DNA of 64,000 nt, taken from positions 1 to 64,000 of the forward strand of contig JBBQZX010000009.1 in the NCBI GenBank assembly GCA_038207335.1. The letters are read 5' to 3'. Positions 20,770 through 30,578 of this stretch are shown here, piece after piece. Under the pieces are notes generated by a model, which worked only from the letters and a program-made list of their open reading frames with translations, was not told where the DNA came from and made no database searches. Source of the stretch: Chthoniobacterales bacterium. GTDB lineage: Bacteria > Verrucomicrobiota > Verrucomicrobiia > Chthoniobacterales > Chthoniobacteraceae. The position numbers and the translations under genes were made by a program. Position 1 is the first letter of the stretch. Each line of letters starts with the position of its first letter.

Positions 20770-21621
20770 ATGGATTTCATTGAAGCTCTAGCACCCCTCG
20801 CGCTGCTCGCCGATGGCGCGATGGGAACCCGGCTCATGGAAAGGGGCGCGGCGCCGGGCGCGTGTCTGGAGGAGCTGTGCGTGTGCGCGCCGGATGCGGT
20901 GCGCGCGGTGCATGAGGAATATCTCGTCGCGGGTGCGAGGCTCATCCGCACGGACAGCTTCGGCGCCAATGCGGTGCGGCTCGCAGCGCACGGGCTGGGG
21001 CATCGCGTGAGTGAGATCAATTGGTCCGCGGCGCAGCTCGCGCGGGATGTGGCGCGCGGCTCGGGGGCATTCGTGGCGGCGAGTATGGGGCCGCTCGGGA
21101 TCACCGCTGAGCAGGCGGCGGAGCAGCGGATCGACCGCGCCGCCGTATTCGCCGAGCAAATGGGCGCGCTGCTCGATGGGGGTGTGCGCATTGTGATGCT
21201 GGAGACATTTCTCGATGTGGAGGAGCTGCTCATCGCCCTGGAGGTGAAGCATTCGCTCCATCACTGCCCGGTCATCTGCTCGCTGGCGCTCACCGACGCG
21301 CAACTCGCCGTCAGCGATGTGGGTGCGGCGTTCGTCACGCTCCGTGCGGCGGGGGCGGATGTGGTGGGCATTAACTGCGTGAACGGCCCCCTCGCCCTCG
21401 CCGATCTTTTTGAAAAGGCTCGTCCCGACGACCTCTGCTCGGCTTTCCCGAATGCCGGACTCCCCGGCGCGCTCGCCACGCCGGAGCAGTTCGCGCACGC
21501 CGCCGTAAGGCTCGCGGAGCAGGGCGTGAGGCTCATCGGCGGCTGCTGCGGGACCGGCCCCGCCCACATCGCCGCGGCATCCGCCGCACTCGCAGCGCGC
21601 GATCTTTCCGAAGCCCCATGA
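20770..21621 (+). CDS. Homocysteine S-methyltransferase family protein
   Basis: LADGAMGT, GINC and IGGCCGT Zn-binding motifs; ATG 20770. Confidence 0.88.
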   Translation: MDFIEALAPLALLADGAMGTRLMERGAAPGACLEELCVCAPDAVRAVHEEYLVAGARLIRTDSFGANAVRLAAHGLGHRVSEINWSAAQLARDVARGSGAFVAASMGPLGITAEQAAEQRIDRAAVFAEQMGALLDGGVRIVMLETFLDVEELLIALEVKHSLHHCPVICSLALTDAQLAVSDVGAAFVTLRAAGADVVGINCVNGPLALADLFEKARPDDLCSAFPNAGLPGALATPEQFAHAAVRLAEQGVRLIGGCCGTGPAHIAAASAALAARDLSEAP

Positions 21622-22376
21622 ATAGCGTCCGGCGCGCCTTTTACCTCCAGATGATCGGCCTCGTGCTGGCGGCGATCTTCGTGGCGTGGCTGGTGCGGAC
21701 GTATCCGGTGCTCGATTACGTGCAGCGGGCGCAGGAGCGGCTCGGGCGGATGGAGTTCTGGGGGGCTGTGCTTTACCCGCTGCTCTACGGCGCGTGCAAT
21801 GTGCTGCTCCTCCCGGCAGGCGTGCTCGCGATCGGCAGCGGGCTTTTCTTTGGCCTCTGGTGGGGATTCTTTTTGAATATCGTCGGCAATGTCGGCGGCG
21901 CGGCGGTCGCGTTTATCATCAGCCGCAGGCTCGGCCGGCAGTGGATCGAGCGGCGCTTTTTTCATCGGCGGAAATGGGCCGCGCTGGACGAGGCGATCGC
22001 TCGCGACGGGTGGAAGATCATCTTCCTCAGCCAGGTGCATCCGCTCTTCCCCACGAGCCTCCTCAATTACCTCTACGGCATCACGCGCATCCGCTTCGGC
22101 ACCTGTCTGCTGTGGATCGCGATCGGGCAGGCGCCGGGGCTTTTCCTCTACGCCTACCTCGGCACGCTCGCGCAGCTCGGCCTCCGGCTCTGGCGCGGCG
22201 AGACGCACCCGCGCGCGGCTGAATACACGCTTTGGATCGGCGGGCTCGTCGTCACGCTGGTCGTCACGACCGCGCTCGCCCGGCTTGCGCTGCGACTGCT
22301 CGCGGAGGCTGAGGATGAGGCAATCCGAGCTGAGGCAATGCCCGCGGAACCGCCTCTGGAGAAGGTCTCTGGCTAG
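21618..22376 (+). CDS. TVP38/TMEM64 (VTT/DedA-like) membrane protein
   Basis: GLFFGLWWG and PLFPTSLLNYLYG motifs; ATGA overlap with the upstream gene. Confidence 0.85.
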   Translation: MNSVRRAFYLQMIGLVLAAIFVAWLVRTYPVLDYVQRAQERLGRMEFWGAVLYPLLYGACNVLLLPAGVLAIGSGLFFGLWWGFFLNIVGNVGGAAVAFIISRRLGRQWIERRFFHRRKWAALDEAIARDGWKIIFLSQVHPLFPTSLLNYLYGITRIRFGTCLLWIAIGQAPGLFLYAYLGTLAQLGLRLWRGETHPRAAEYTLWIGGLVVTLVVTTALARLALRLLAEAEDEAIRAEAMPAEPPLEKVSG

Positions 22377-22382
22377 CGCGCT

Positions 22383-23525
22383 CTACCGCGTGAGTCGTCG
22401 CACGAGCGTCGCCACGGCGTCGTCGCAGGCTTTCGCGGCTGCGGCACCGGCCACATTGGTCGCGGCGACGAATGCCATGTCCTTTTCCGGGGCGAGCCAG
22501 ATGACCGCTAAAAACATGGTGTTCGAGCCGGTGTGCGTGAGCGCGGTGCCGCCCGCCCATGGCCGTGAAGTTACGCCCCAGCCCATCGCGTAATCGCCGC
22601 CGCCAGCAGGCGTGTGCAGTTTCTGAAAGCCGGCGGTGCTCAGCAGCGTCTTGCCTGCGCGCCCGCCGCGCGCCTGCCAGCCCGCGTAACGCGCGAGGTC
22701 GCGGATGGAGCAATGAACGGTGCCCGCCGGGCCGATCGCGGGCGGGTTGTCGGCATTCGGTCCGGGAGGCACGGGCGCGAGCGCGGTGCCGTTCACGCGA
22801 TGCCCCCACGGCGCGTCGATTTTCCCCACAGACCCGGGCGCTCCAAAGCCCGCGGTAGTCATCCCGAGCGGAACGAATAGCCGCTGGCGAATCAGCTCCT
22901 CCCACGGCTTCCCGGCGATCTTCTCCAGCATCGAGCCTGCGATTGCGTAGCCTTGATTCGAGTAGGTGAAAGTGCTCCCCGGTTCGCTCGCGGGCGGCTC
23001 CGCGAGGATCGCGCGCACAAATTCCCGCCGCTGCTCGACCGCGCTTCCGTGCCTCTCAAAAGCCCGCTTCCACGCCGCTGGCGGCGGAGCCCCCGGCACT
23101 CCGCCGCGATGAGTGAGCAGTTGCTCAAGCGTCACCGCGCGCCATGCCGGCAACATCTTCTCGCCCGTCAAAATCTCCCCGATCGTCGTCGTCCACTTCA
23201 CCTTTCCCTCCTCGACCATCATCGCCGCCAGCGACGCCGTCATCGACTTCGTGAGCGATCCGATGTGCCACGCATCTTCCAGCCCGACTGCCGTCGGATC
23301 GCCAAATTTTCGCACGCCGCACGTCGCGATTTCCACGATCTCCCCCTCCCGCACCGCCGCTGCCGCGAGCCCCGGCACGGCATTCTGCTGCCGGATCGTC
23401 TCCAGCGCCTCGGCAAAAGGCGCGGCATCCAGCGCGCTCTCATCAGCAGCCGCGGCCTGCATCCCCATAGCGCAGAGCGCACTAAAGCAGACCGCAGTGA
23501 AAGGAGGGAAGGGGAGGAGTTTCAT
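22383..23525 (-). CDS. Secreted serine hydrolase, beta-lactamase (AmpC-like) family
   Basis: SxxK (IGSLTKS), LLTHRGG, YSN and HTGS motifs; signal peptide. Confidence 0.88.
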   Translation of the reverse strand: MKLLPFPPFTAVCFSALCAMGMQAAAADESALDAAPFAEALETIRQQNAVPGLAAAAVREGEIVEIATCGVRKFGDPTAVGLEDAWHIGSLTKSMTASLAAMMVEEGKVKWTTTIGEILTGEKMLPAWRAVTLEQLLTHRGGVPGAPPPAAWKRAFERHGSAVEQRREFVRAILAEPPASEPGSTFTYSNQGYAIAGSMLEKIAGKPWEELIRQRLFVPLGMTTAGFGAPGSVGKIDAPWGHRVNGTALAPVPPGPNADNPPAIGPAGTVHCSIRDLARYAGWQARGGRAGKTLLSTAGFQKLHTPAGGGDYAMGWGVTSRPWAGGTALTHTGSNTMFLAVIWLAPEKDMAFVAATNVAGAAAAKACDDAVATLVRRLTR

Positions 23526-23603
23526 GGGGGGAGAGCAGTGCCGATGACGCTAACCCCGCCGAACTCGTGAATTCAACATCCGTGCGACGCGCGGTCACGC
23601 GCT

Positions 23604-23915
23604 TTACGGCTTCGCATCCGGCACGCCGTACGTCGCGGTTAGGTAATCCGCCAACGCAGCCATCGCCTCCTCCGGCGCGGGCGCTCCGAATTTCTCCTTC
23701 ATCTTCTTCACCTCCGCCTCCCAAAATTTCCGCGGCATCGGCGGCTGCGTGGAGATGTATTCAGCGGAGTGGCACATCACGCAGTTCGCCTGCGCGAGCT
23801 CCACGCCTCTGCCCGTTTTGAAAGTCGCGGTTTCGCCCGGCAGCACGATGCTCGTCTCGCCCGCGCGCGCCGCGACCGTCGCGGCCAGGATCAGCAGAAT
23901 CGGTGTGATTTTCAT
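23604..23915 (-). CDS. sorB: Monoheme cytochrome c, sulfite dehydrogenase subunit B-like
   Basis: Signal peptide; CVMCHSAEYISTQPP...WEAEVKKM..FGAP; immediately downstream of the Mo subunit. Confidence 0.8.
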   Translation of the reverse strand: MKITPILLILAATVAARAGETSIVLPGETATFKTGRGVELAQANCVMCHSAEYISTQPPMPRKFWEAEVKKMKEKFGAPAPEEAMAALADYLTATYGVPDAKP

Positions 23916-23918
23916 GGC

Positions 23919-25133
23919 TCAGGAAATGGTGACTTTCACGCTCTCGACGACATTCCTCAGATACCCCGACGGATTCCAAAGCGCCTCCAGCGGCTGCGTC
24001 TCGCCGATGCGATTGAAGGCGCGAGACTTCAGCTCCACCGCGCCCGCCTGCTTCGGCGTCCACGCGATCGTCCACTCGCGGAACGAATATTTTCCCAACT
24101 CCTTGCCGAGCTCCGCGGGCTGCCACGTCTTCCCGCCATCGTCGGAAAAATGCACCTCCGTGATTCCCTGGCCGCTGTCGAAAGCGATGCCGCGCACCGC
24201 AACCGGCTTGCCCGGCGCGAGCGGCGCAGCCTCGGCCAGCGACGTGATGAACGACCGAATCTTGAACCGCGAAATCGGCACCGTGCTCGCCGGTTTCGTG
24301 CCGGGCTCAATGCAGCCGCTCGCGTTGTCCGGCACGCGATACGCCGGGTTCATGTAGAAGCCATCGAACGTCTCGCCGACGACCGTCAGCTCGTTGATGT
24401 GCTTCACCCAATACGTCCCGAAATAGCCCGGCACGACGAGCCGCAGCGGGTATCCATTCAGCATCGGCAGCTCCGCGCCGTTCATTTCAAAAGCGAGCAG
24501 CATCTCGCCATCGAGCGCGTGGTCGAGGTCGAGTGCTTTGATGAAATCCGGCGTCTGCGGCGTGACCGCATTGTCGAGCCCGTTGCAGACCACCTGCTTC
24601 GCGCCCGCCTGAATGCCCGCCTTTTCGAGCACATCCTTCAGCCGCACGCCGCGCCACCGCGCATTCCCCATCGCGCCATGCCCGAGCTGCCCGCCGCCGA
24701 CACGCGGCTGCGAAAATCCGCGGCTGTTGCCTGAGCACTGATTCACCGCGACAACCTCGACCGGCTCGAACTGCTTTTTGAGGTCCGCGACGGAAAGGCT
24801 CAGCGGCGTCTTGACCGCACCTTTCACCTCGATGCGGAAAGCATCGCCGTCGATCGAGGTCGGCACGTTCGCATTGTGGTAGCGGACAAAAAACGCGTCG
24901 TTCGGCGTGATGAGGCCGTCATTGAAAACGGCGAACGGCGTCTCGAGCTGCGGCGGCCGCGTGGTCAGCACGATGAGCGGCCGCTTTTGCGGGAAAGCCA
25001 CGACCTGCCGCTCTCCGTGCGCAAAAGGAAGCGTGACAGTTTCCTGCGCAAACACGCGTCCGGCGATGAGCGAGCCTGCGCCCGCGAGCGCGGCGCTGCG
25101 AAGGAATTGGCGTCGGGAGGGATGTTGAAGCAT
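23919..25133 (-). CDS. sorA: Tat-exported molybdopterin sulfite dehydrogenase subunit A-like
   Basis: Tat motif SRRQFL; RPPQLETP, FFVRYH, QCSGN (Mo-ligand Cys), NGYPLRLVVPGYFGTYWVK, WNPSGY. Confidence 0.85.
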   Translation of the reverse strand: MLQHPSRRQFLRSAALAGAGSLIAGRVFAQETVTLPFAHGERQVVAFPQKRPLIVLTTRPPQLETPFAVFNDGLITPNDAFFVRYHNANVPTSIDGDAFRIEVKGAVKTPLSLSVADLKKQFEPVEVVAVNQCSGNSRGFSQPRVGGGQLGHGAMGNARWRGVRLKDVLEKAGIQAGAKQVVCNGLDNAVTPQTPDFIKALDLDHALDGEMLLAFEMNGAELPMLNGYPLRLVVPGYFGTYWVKHINELTVVGETFDGFYMNPAYRVPDNASGCIEPGTKPASTVPISRFKIRSFITSLAEAAPLAPGKPVAVRGIAFDSGQGITEVHFSDDGGKTWQPAELGKELGKYSFREWTIAWTPKQAGAVELKSRAFNRIGETQPLEALWNPSGYLRNVVESVKVTIS

Positions 25134-25262
25134 GAGCGTCAATTGAATGCCCGGCATCGAAAGAAGCGACCACTTTTCTAAGATCGCGCGGCGCTTGGGC
25201 CCTACTTTTTGCTTCTATCTCGAGACACCGGGGTTCCAGCTTTCCTCTGGCTTTCCCTTCCA

Positions 25263-27107
25263 ATGAAACTTCTCGCATTTCTCACCGCCCTCGCATTTTC
25301 CACCGCGCTCACCGAGGCCGCGCAGCCAAATATTTTGTGGCTCGTGAATGAAGACCACGGCCCGCATGTCGGCGCTTACGGCGACAGCTACGCGACGACA
25401 CCGACCTTCGACGGGCTCGCTTCGGAGGGCCTCCGCTACACGCACTGTTGGTCCAACGCGCCCGTTTGCGCCCCGGCTCGCACCACGCTGATTTGCGGAA
25501 TGTATGCGACCTCGACCGGAGGCCTGCACATGCGCTCGATGGTGCCTTTTCCCCGCGGCAAACAGATGTATCCGCAGCTCCTCCGGCAGGCCGGATACTA
25601 CTGCACGAACAACGCGAAGGAGGACTACAACGTCGCGAAGCCGGGCGAGGTTTGGAACGAGTCGTCGAAAAAGGCGCACTGGAAAAATCGCGCCGAGGGC
25701 CAGCCATTCATGGCGGTTTTCAACTTCGAAAAAAGCCACGAGAGCCAAATTCGAAAAGTGCCGCACACGCTCGTGCATGATCCGGCGAAAGCGCCTGTCC
25801 CGGCATACCATCCCGACACGCCGGAGGTGCGTCACGACTGGGCGCAATACTACGATCAAGTCACCGCCGCCGATGCCGATGCGGGCGCGCGACTCGACGA
25901 ACTCGAGAAGGCCGGCCTGCTCGAAGACACCGTGATCTTCTACTACGCCGACCACGGCTCCGGCATGCCCGGCAGCAAGCGATGGCCGCTCAATCGCGGT
26001 CTGCAGGTGCCGCTCATCGTCTATATCCCCGAGAAATTCGCCGCGCTCCGTCCGCCCGAATACAAGGCGGGCGGAATGTCCGACCGGCTCGTGAGCTTCG
26101 TGGATTTCGCGCCGACGCTCTGCTCGCTCGCGGGCGTGAAGCCGCCGGAATGGATGCAGGGGCACGCGTTTCTCGGCGAGTTTTGCGCCGAGCGGCAGCC
26201 GTATCTCTACGGCTTCCGCGGCCGCATGGACGAGCGCGTGGACATGGTGCGTAGCGTCACCGATGGGCGATACGTCTATGCGCGGAATTACCGCCCCGAC
26301 CTCATCTACGGACAGCACCTCGCCTATATGTGGCTGACGCCCACCACCCCCGTCTGGAAAGCCGTCTTCGACGCCGGAAAGCTCAACGAAGCGCAGTCGT
26401 ATTTCTGGAAAACGAAGCCGCCCGAAGAACTCTACGATTTGCAGACCGATCCCGATGAAGTGAACAATCTAGCCACGCTCCCGGAGCAATCCGCGACGCT
26501 GACAAAGCTCCGGGCCGCGCAGGAAGCGCACGCGCTTCAAATTCAGGACGTCGGCTTCTTGCCCGAGGGCGAAATGCACCGCCGCAGCGCTGGCGCATCG
26601 CCCTACGACATGGCTCGCACCGAGGGGAAATATCCGCTCACTCGAATCCTAAAAGCCGCGGGATTGGCCTCCAGCCTTGATCCGAAGGCCGCGTCCGAGC
26701 TGATCGCCGGGTGCGCCGACCCCGACGCCGCCGTGCGTTACTGGTCGGTGCTCGGCCTTCTCATGCGTGCGCCTTCGGGAGAAAAGGTGCCCACCGATCT
26801 GCTCGCAAAGCTGTCTGAAGACCCCTCGCCCGACGTGCAAATCGCCGCCGCTGAAACGCTCCTCCGCTTCGGCCCGCCCGACTCACGGCCCGCTACGCTC
26901 GCCCTCCTGTTGAAACTCGCCGACTGGAAAAAAAATAACATCTTCTCCGTCCTCCCCGCCCTCGCCGCGCTCGACGCCGCCGGGGACGCTGCCACTCCCG
27001 CCGCCGCCGAAATCCTCGCTCTCCCACGCCAAGGCCCCTCCCCCGATATCCGGTTCAAAGAATACCCACCCCGCCTTCTCGAAGATCTCTCAGCCCGCCT
27101 AAAGTAG
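25263..27107 (+). CDS. Secreted Cys-type sulfatase with C-terminal HEAT-like repeats
   Basis: PNILW, CAPAR (CxPxR), YADHG and EELYDL..DP.E..NLA motifs; ATG 25263. Confidence 0.9.
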   Translation: MKLLAFLTALAFSTALTEAAQPNILWLVNEDHGPHVGAYGDSYATTPTFDGLASEGLRYTHCWSNAPVCAPARTTLICGMYATSTGGLHMRSMVPFPRGKQMYPQLLRQAGYYCTNNAKEDYNVAKPGEVWNESSKKAHWKNRAEGQPFMAVFNFEKSHESQIRKVPHTLVHDPAKAPVPAYHPDTPEVRHDWAQYYDQVTAADADAGARLDELEKAGLLEDTVIFYYADHGSGMPGSKRWPLNRGLQVPLIVYIPEKFAALRPPEYKAGGMSDRLVSFVDFAPTLCSLAGVKPPEWMQGHAFLGEFCAERQPYLYGFRGRMDERVDMVRSVTDGRYVYARNYRPDLIYGQHLAYMWLTPTTPVWKAVFDAGKLNEAQSYFWKTKPPEELYDLQTDPDEVNNLATLPEQSATLTKLRAAQEAHALQIQDVGFLPEGEMHRRSAGASPYDMARTEGKYPLTRILKAAGLASSLDPKAASELIAGCADPDAAVRYWSVLGLLMRAPSGEKVPTDLLAKLSEDPSPDVQIAAAETLLRFGPPDSRPATLALLLKLADWKKNNIFSVLPALAALDAAGDAATPAAAEILALPRQGPSPDIRFKEYPPRLLEDLSARLK

Positions 27108-27156
27108 CCGTCTATCCTCTGCCTCGCTCTTGAGAACCCCGCAGTGGACAAACCGC

Positions 27157-27188
27157 CCGGTGCGCGCCATAAACGCGTCCGGTTTTTT
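27157..27188 (+). terminator. Putative intrinsic terminator after the sulfatase
   Basis: Imperfect GC stem ccggtgcgcg/cgcgtccgg followed by TTTTTT. Confidence 0.45.
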
Positions 27189-27256
27189 GCCCATCCGCCG
27201 CGCCGTCCATTTGGCGCGGCCTCCTCGGAGTCGCAGCGCGCCGCAGTTTTTTGAAG

Positions 27257-27835
27257 ATGACGACTACTCGAGAAAATCCCTTCGCACCCGAATCCGTGGA
27301 GCGCCTCCCATTCCGCTTCCCCGAGGGCATCTCGTGGGAAAACCTCCTCTTTCGCCTCGAAGCCAGTCAATACTGCGCCGCCATCGTCGGCCAGGCTGGC
27401 TCCGGCAAAACGACCATTCTCCGCGAACTCTCCGAGCGCCTGAGGGAGCGTGGCTTCACGCCCCACCACTTCGAACTCACGCAGCAAAGCAACATGTCTG
27501 ACCGCGAGCGCCTCGTCGAAGCCGCGCGCGCGCTGCGCGCCCCAGACGTCATCTTCCTCGACGGCGCCGAGCGCCTCACCACCCGCCAATGGCTGCCCCT
27601 GCGCGCGGCTGCGAGCCAGGCCGGCGGTTTCATCGTCACCCTCTACCGCGTCGGTCGCCTGCCGACCCTCCTCGAATGCGAAACCAGCGCCAGCCTGCTG
27701 GAGCAGCTCGTCCACGACCTCACCCAATCCGACCTTCCGAAAGGCGAAGCCGCCACCCTTATCGCCCGCCACCGCGGCAACCTCAGCGACTGCCTCCGCG
27801 AACTGCACACCCGCTGGGCCGGCGAAGAGCCCTAA
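27257..27835 (+). CDS. Small P-loop (AAA-like) ATPase
   Basis: NPF N-terminal motif, Walker A GQAGSGKT, Walker B IFLDGAE. Confidence 0.75.
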   Translation: MTTTRENPFAPESVERLPFRFPEGISWENLLFRLEASQYCAAIVGQAGSGKTTILRELSERLRERGFTPHHFELTQQSNMSDRERLVEAARALRAPDVIFLDGAERLTTRQWLPLRAAASQAGGFIVTLYRVGRLPTLLECETSASLLEQLVHDLTQSDLPKGEAATLIARHRGNLSDCLRELHTRWAGEEP

Positions 27836-27868
27836 CGCCGGGGAGCGCCGCGCCGCTCACGTCTGCCT

Positions 27869-27891
27869 TTATTTAGAATAATTCTTGATAA
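27869..27891. promoter_or_regulatory. Fur-family (ICE/Per-box-like) operator TTATTTAGAATAATTCTTGATAA
   Basis: AT-rich imperfect palindrome 33 bp upstream of the Fur-family gene. Confidence 0.6.
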
Positions 27892-27924
27892 GCTCACGAT
27901 TTTCGTGTTCCCTCAAAACCTGCG

Positions 27925-28383
27925 ATGAGTCCAAAAATCGAACCGAAATCCTACGATGAGACCATCTCGCAAAATGGTTTCCGGTTCACCCCGCAGCGCC
28001 GCGGAGTTTATGATGCGCTGATGGAAAAGCGGGACCACCCGACTGCCGTCGAGGTGTTCATGCGGGCGAAAATGAAGATGCCGTCCATCTCGCTCGCGAC
28101 GGTCTATAATTGCCTCGAAACGCTGACGGAATGCGGACTCGTGAAGCATGTTCATCATCACCGCGAGTCTTCCCGGTACTGCGCAAATCTCGAGGAACAC
28201 GCGCACCTTTTTTGTGACGGCTGCGGCTCCGTCAGCGACCTGCCGCTCAAGTCCACGCGTCGCACCGTCGATGTCTGGGCGATGCCCGCGGACGCCATTA
28301 TCTCCGAGCGCGAAGTCTCTTTCCGCGGCCTCTGCCCGGCCTGCGCTTCGGGCAAAATACTCGAATCAAAATCTTCAAAATGA
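27925..28383 (+). CDS. Fur family transcriptional regulator
   Basis: [25 protein letters not shown] and GLCPAC motifs. Confidence 0.92.
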   Translation: MSPKIEPKSYDETISQNGFRFTPQRRGVYDALMEKRDHPTAVEVFMRAKMKMPSISLATVYNCLETLTECGLVKHVHHHRESSRYCANLEEHAHLFCDGCGSVSDLPLKSTRRTVDVWAMPADAIISEREVSFRGLCPACASGKILESKSSK

Positions 28384-29150
28384 GTTCACTCGAAATCAAA
28401 AACCTGCACGTCAGCATCGGCGAAAAAGAGATCATCCGCGGTCTCTCGCTCGTCGTGCCCAAAGGCGAAGTCCACGCGATCATGGGGCCGAACGGCTCCG
28501 GCAAAAGCACGCTCAGCAAAGCCATCGGCGGCCATCCCGACTACACGATCACCAGCGGCGAGGTGCTGCTCGACGGCGTCAGCATTCTCGATCAAGCGCC
28601 CGACGAGCGCGCCCGCACCGGCCTGTTTCTCGCCTTTCAATATCCGATGGAAATCCCCGGCGTCTCGAATGCCAACTTCCTCCGCGCGGCCTTGCAGGCT
28701 CGTTTGCCGGACGGCGAGGAACTTGAGGCCGTCGATTTTTACGAGCAGCTCTACGCGAAAATGGACGAGCTCGAAATGCCGCGCGCATTCACCGCGCGGT
28801 CGGTCAATGAAGGCTTCTCCGGCGGCGAAAAAAAGCGCAACGAAATCCTGCAAATGGCGATGCTTCAGCCAAAATACGCGATCCTCGACGAGACCGATTC
28901 CGGCCTCGACATCGACGCGCTGCGAATCGTCTCGAACGGCGTCAACGCCTTGCGCGGGCCGAATCTCGGCGTGCTGCTCATCACGCATTACCAGCGGCTG
29001 CTTGACTACATCGTGCCTGACTACGTGCACGTGATGGTCGCCGGGCGCATCGTGCAGAGCGGCGGAAAAGAGCTCGCGCTGGAACTCGAGGAGCGCGGTT
29101 ACGAGTTCATCCGCGAAGGAATCGAGGAGCGCGAGACCGCGACGGTCTGA
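28380..29150 (+). CDS. sufC: Fe-S cluster assembly ATPase SufC
   Basis: [37 protein letters not shown]. Confidence 0.96.
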   Translation: MSSLEIKNLHVSIGEKEIIRGLSLVVPKGEVHAIMGPNGSGKSTLSKAIGGHPDYTITSGEVLLDGVSILDQAPDERARTGLFLAFQYPMEIPGVSNANFLRAALQARLPDGEELEAVDFYEQLYAKMDELEMPRAFTARSVNEGFSGGEKKRNEILQMAMLQPKYAILDETDSGLDIDALRIVSNGVNALRGPNLGVLLITHYQRLLDYIVPDYVHVMVAGRIVQSGGKELALELEERGYEFIREGIEERETATV

Positions 29151-29171
29151 ATTTTAAAAAAAGGAGCACAC

Positions 29172-30578
29172 ATGAACGACACGACCACTCTCGATATCGA
29201 CCGCAGCGTCGGCGATTTCTCCTACCCCGAAGTCCATCAATTTGACGCTGGAATCGGGCTCAGCGCGGACACCGTGAATTACATCGCCGACGTGAAAGGC
29301 GAGCCGGATTGGATTCGCGAATTCCGTCTCAAGGCGCTTGACGTGTTCGAGAAAAAGCCGATGCCGACCAACTGGGCGTCGAAAGATTTGGAGGCGATCA
29401 ACTTCGACAAAATCCGCTACTATCTCGCGCACGGGCAGAAGGCGACGCGCTCGTGGGACGAAGTGCCGGAGGACGTGAAGCGCACATTCGAGCGGCTTGG
29501 AATCCCCGAGCAGGAGCGCAAATTTCTCGCCGGGGTCGAGGCGCAGTTCGACAGCGAGGCGGTCTATTCGAACATCAAGAAAGCGGTCGGCGATCAAGGC
29601 GTGATCTTCATGGGCTCGACCGACGCGCTCATCGAGCGCCCGGATATTTTTCGCAAGTGGTTCGGGAAAGTGATCCCGACCGGCGACAATAAATTCAGCG
29701 CGCTGAACTCCGCGGTTTTCAGCGGCGGATCGTTCATCTACGTGCCGCCGGGAGTGAAAGTCAAGCATCCGTTGCAGGCGTATTTCCGCATCAACGCGGA
29801 GAACTTCGGGCAGTTCGAGCGCACGCTGATCATCGCCGACGAAGGCTCGGAAGTTGTCTATATGGAGGGCTGCACCGCGCCGAAATTCGAGACGGCGACG
29901 CTGCATTCCGCTGTCGTCGAACTCGTCGCGATGAAGGGCGCGAAGATTCAATATATCACAGTACAGAACTGGTCGGCGAACGTCTTCAATCTCGTGACCA
30001 AGCGCGGCCTCGCGCACGAAGACGCCGAGATCAAATGGATCGACTGCAACATCGGTTCGCGGCTTACAATGAAATATCCGGGCGTCGTGATGAAAGGGAA
30101 ACGCGCGCGCGGCGAAGTGATTTCCATCGCTCTCGCGAGCGACGGACAGCATCAGGACACCGGCGCAAAAATGGTCCACGCAGCGGACGACACGACCTCG
30201 AACGTCGTCTCGAAATCCATCTCCGTCGGCACCGGGCGCGCGACGTATCGCGGGCTCGTGCATGTGCCGAAGCACCTGAAAGGCTGCAAGAACAACACCG
30301 AGTGCGACGCACTCATGATCAACTCTACCGCGCGCACTGACACGTATCCCGCGATCACCGTGCGCGGCACGGGCAACGCCGTGCAGCACGAGGCGAGCGT
30401 CTCGCAGATTTCCGCCGAGCAGATTTTCTACATGCAGCAGCGCGGGCTCACTGAAGCGCAGGCGATGAGCCTCTCGGTGAATGGATTCGTCAACGATCTC
30501 GTGCGGCAATTTCCGATGGAATACAGCGTCGAGTTGAAACGGCTGATCGACATGGAAATGGAAGGCTCGGTCGGGTGA
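29172..30578 (+). CDS. sufB: Fe-S cluster assembly protein SufB
   Basis: [34 protein letters not shown]. Confidence 0.96.
   Translation: MNDTTTLDIDRSVGDFSYPEVHQFDAGIGLSADTVNYIADVKGEPDWIREFRLKALDVFEKKPMPTNWASKDLEAINFDKIRYYLAHGQKATRSWDEVPEDVKRTFERLGIPEQERKFLAGVEAQFDSEAVYSNIKKAVGDQGVIFMGSTDALIERPDIFRKWFGKVIPTGDNKFSALNSAVFSGGSFIYVPPGVKVKHPLQAYFRINAENFGQFERTLIIADEGSEVVYMEGCTAPKFETATLHSAVVELVAMKGAKIQYITVQNWSANVFNLVTKRGLAHEDAEIKWIDCNIGSRLTMKYPGVVMKGKRARGEVISIALASDGQHQDTGAKMVHAADDTTSNVVSKSISVGTGRATYRGLVHVPKHLKGCKNNTECDALMINSTARTDTYPAITVRGTGNAVQHEASVSQISAEQIFYMQQRGLTEAQAMSLSVNGFVNDLVRQFPMEYSVELKRLIDMEMEGSVG

Noticed and set aside
29154..30509. Long antisense ORFs opposite sufB, der, GH78, xerD and others
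   Set aside because: Expected shadow ORFs caused by high-GC codon bias.
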